Shown here piece by piece: positions 60,299 to 64,000 of a stretch of 64,000 bases of DNA; positions within the stretch are counted from its first letter, which is position 1; every line of letters begins with the position of its first letter. The DNA lies in assembly GCF_009914755.1 (NCBI RefSeq), contig NC_060930.1. The stretch is one strand, 5' to 3'. Origin of the DNA: the human T2T-CHM13v2.0 reference genome, Homo sapiens. Under the pieces are notes generated by a model that did no database searches, had not been told where the DNA came from, and saw only the letters and a list, made by a program, of their open reading frames with translations. The position numbers were made by a program, and so were the translations under genes.

Positions 60299-62204
60299 CA
60301 GAACACAGTCTCTTTTACAATAGCCACAAAAAAAATGAAATACTTAGGAATACAGCTAGCCAAGGAGGTGAAAGATCCATATAGGGAGAACTACAAAACA
60401 CTACTGAAAAAAATGACAAGTGACACAAATAAATGGGAAAAAATGCAATGCTCATGGATTGGAAGAATAAATATCATTAAAATGGCCATACTGCCCAAAG
60501 CATTTCACAGACTCAATGCTCTTCCTATCAAACTACCAATGAAATTCTTCACAGAATTAGAAAAAACTTTTAAAATTCATGTGGAACCAAAAAAGAGCTC
60601 AAATAGACAAGGCAATCCTAAGCAAAAAGAGCAAAGCTGGAGGCATCACATTACCCAACTTCAAACTATACTACAAAGCTACAGTAACCAAAAGAGCAAG
60701 GTACTATTACAAAAACAGACTAATGAAATAAAATAGAGAGCCCAGAAATAATGTCACACATCTACAACCATCTAATCTTCAACACAGTCAACAAAAGCAA
60801 TGGGGAAAGGATTCCCTATTAAATAAATGGTGCTGCGATAGCTGCCTAGCCATATGAAGAAGAATGAAACTAGACCCTTACATTTCACCATATACCAAAA
60901 TTAAAGCAAGATGGATTAAATACTTAAATGTAAGACCTTCAACTATAAAAATCTTAGTTGAAAACATAGGAAATATTGCTCTTGACGTCAGTCTTGGCAA
61001 AGGATTTTTGGCTAATTCTCCAAAAGCAATTGCAACAACAACAAAAAAATGCAGTTGACAAATGGTACCTAATTAAACTCAAGAACTGAAATTTGAGAAA
61101 CTAGTTCATGAGAAACTAACTAATTCATGAGAAATTTCAGTTCTTTAATTTAATTTCATTTGCCAATTTCACTTTTTTTTTTTTTTTTTTTGGAATTGCT
61201 TTTGGGGAATTCGTTCCTCAAATTTCAGTTCTTTAATTAGGTCCCATTTGTCAATTTCATTTTTGTTGCAAAGGACCTATTAAACTAAAGAACTGAAATT
61301 TAACATTTATTCTGCATGGCAAAATAAACCATCAACAGAATAAACAGACCACCTACAGAATGGGAGAAAATATTTACAAACTATGCAAAGGTCTAATAAT
61401 ATCCAGAATCTATAAGGAACTTAAACAAATCAACAAGAAAAAAAATCACTAAAAAATGCGCAGAGAACATGAACAGACACTTCTCTGAGAAGACATACAA
61501 TAGCCAACCAACATATTACAAAACACTCATCATCACTAATCATCAGAGAAATGCAAATCAAAACCACCATGAGATACCATCTCATACCAGTCAAAATAAC
61601 TATATTAAAAAGTCAAAAAACAACCAATGCTTATACACTGTTGGTAGGAATGTCAATTAGGTCAACTGCTGTGAAAAGAAGTTTGGAAGTTTCTCAAAAA
61701 ACTTAAAACACAGGCAGTAATCCCATTACTGGACATGTACCTAAAGGAAAATAGATGATTATACCAAAAAGAACCACGCACTCATATGTTCATCATCACA
61801 CTATTCACACTGGAAAGACATGGAATCAACCCAGGTGTCCATCATGGTGGATTGAATAAAGAAAATGTGCATATATACTATAAAACACTATGCAACCATA
61901 GAAATAATGAAATCATGTCCTTTGCAGCAATATGGATGGAGCTGGAGGCCATAATCTTAAGTGAATTAACTCAAGAACAGAAAACCAAATACCACATGTT
62001 CTCTCTTATAAGTGGGAGCTAAACATTGAGCACATATGGTCATAAACATGGGAATAATAAACACCATGGAATACTAGAGAAGAGAGGGAGGGTGGGGTGC
62101 ATGGGTTGAAAAACTACCTATTGGGTACTACACTTATGACCTATCTAACAATCCTGCATGTGTATCCCCTGTATCAAAAATAAAAGCTGAAATTTAAAAC
62201 TATA

Positions 62205-62642
62205 TATAAATTTACCATTTTAACCATTTTTTAAGTGTACAGTTCAGCGGCATTAATCACATTCACATTGTTGTGCCCATCACCACCATTCATCTTGAGA
62301 ACTTTCTCATCTTCCCAAAGAGAAAACCACATTAACCAATAACTCCCTATTCCTCCTTCCCCCAGCCCCTGAGAACCACTATTCTACTTTCTGTTTCCAT
62401 GAATTTGACTACTTTAGGTACCTCATACAAGTGGAACCATACAGTATTTGTCGTTTTTTGGCTGGCTTATTTCAGTTAGCATGTTTTCAAGGGTCATCCA
62501 TGGTATACTATGTGTCAGAACTTTATACTTTTTGATGACTGGATATATCATTGTATGTATAAATCACATTTTGTCATTCATTTATCTGTTGATGGTCATT
62601 TGGGCTGTCCCACCTTTTGGTTATTGTGAATAATGCTGCTAT
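62205..62642 (-). mobile_element. L1MB 3'-end fragment
   Basis: tttaccattttaaccatttttaagtgtacagttcag...ccactattctactttctgtttccatgaatttgactact. Confidence 0.85.
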
Positions 62643-63122
62643 TGCTGCCGAATGCCAGGTATTTGGCCTAGGTCCTGTTATTTCCTGCACAGAAAGCCAA
62701 TAACTGAAACAAGGAGTATTGTAAGAGAAGAAAGGCATTATGATGTGTGATGTCAGCCAGAGAGACGGAAGACCAGTCTCTAATCCATCTCTCTCCCCTG
62801 ACTAAAGTTGGAGCTTTATTAATATATAGCATGGAAGGAAAACAGTAGGGTTAAGGAAAAGGAGTTGGTCAACAGGCATCAGGTAGTCAAATGAGGGGGT
62901 CTAGCATCTCTCTGTAATCACATGTGGAAAATGGAAATTAGAGAGAAGTAAGAAAGACAAGCCAATCAACAGGCAGCAGGTATATCTTACTGTCTGGTGT
63001 GGTGATCTGGAAAGCCTTAGTTCCCCACTACCACCCAGGAGACCTGGCAGTCAAAGGAACTCAGATAAGACAAATTTAAGTTTCTCAAATTTCAGTTCTA
63101 TGGAAAAATTGGACCAGTTTCA
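62643..63122. mobile_element. Solo ERV LTR (ERV1/MER4-group-like) inserted in the L1MB
   Basis: About 480 bp TG...CA block that interrupts L1MB gctgctat|gaacatt; cctaggtcctg...cacagaaagccaataactga resembles MER4-group LTRs. Confidence 0.6.
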
Positions 63123-64000
63123 TGATGAACATTGGTGTGATAACTGTTTCTTAATCATTTTAAAAATTCACTTTTCTTCTTAAAAAAATTAAACACAGAG
63201 TTTACACATGTCATCTATTCTGTTAAGTGTAATATAAAATGGAAGAATAATCCAAACTTCTCACTTCCCCAATTTAATGAACAAATTGGTGATATAATTG
63301 TTAACTGATATTGTTACTTTTAGACATATTTGAATGTACTTTTTAAAATGTTACTAATGTTATTGATTGCAAAAAGAAACTATTTTACAGATTATGATCA
63401 GTTTTAAACATTAGACAAATTCTTTCTTTCTATTCTTTCTTTCACGTACACAAACATCTATCCCAAATGTCAGCATTTTGAAAAGAAAAAGCTGAAAAAA
63501 TGGTGACATGAGAAATAGAAAATTAAATTAATAAGCAGAGTAGGTTTCCCTATGCCCTCCTGTTGATTGAATTAAGTTGTATCTAAAGAGATTGCCCTAA
63601 AAGTCACCAAAATCTAGTTTTCATGTTTAATATTTTTATCATTCTATCATAATGTCTCTCTTTTCACAGAAATGAGAGAAAATACACTAATCGAAACTAA
63701 AGTCCTAGGTCAAAAGGCATGATTATTAATCCTTCAGTGATCTTAGACATATCCATTTCTTTAAATAAAGAGGCAAATGCACCCTTCTAAGGTATAATCT
63801 TTGATAAGTATATCTCAATTTTTGAGAAACATCTCAAACAATCTTTGAGAACTATATTTCTAATACAGTTGGAAATTTTTTTCTTCTTTGAAATAACTGT
63901 GTAATTTAACACAGTGAATTAAATATCTTGTGCCCCAATCACTAGTGTATTTTGTGATTTTTATTTCCCCAAATTTCTGATTCATGTCTGACCACTGAAA

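Noticed and set aside
60983-60990. Full palindromic CRE (TGACGTCA) as an FHL5/CREM autoregulatory site
   Set aside because: A single 8-mer inside decayed L1 ORF2, 47 kb from the gene; chance occurrence is plausible and there is no supporting context.

Overview
Primate (most likely human) genomic DNA, AT-rich and dense in interspersed repeats. Positions 1474-13636 hold five coding exons of FHL5 (ACT, four-and-a-half LIM domains 5) on the + strand. They splice with GT-AG boundaries into an intact 284-aa ORF (159+175+170+187+164 = 855 nt); the promoter and any upstream non-coding exons are not recognisable in the window. The remaining ~50 kb is intergenic. It contains a full-length but dead L1PA4-like element (35616-41484, 15-bp TSD), a second older near-full-length L1PA15-17-like element (~54990-62200), an RPS7 processed pseudogene, a near-full-length U4 snRNA retrocopy, about 12 Alus, and many L1M/L2/MIR/LTR fragments and microsatellites. 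I find no evidence of a new multi-gene biological system. The observations most worth checking are a strong cryptic poison 3' splice acceptor in FHL5, a fold-back template-switch scar inside the old L1, an RPS7 retrocopy that may record an alternative 5'UTR splice form, one target site hit twice by Alus, and two probable non-reference FHL5 missense alleles. Repeat subfamily calls and comparisons to reference sequences are from memory and were not computed.
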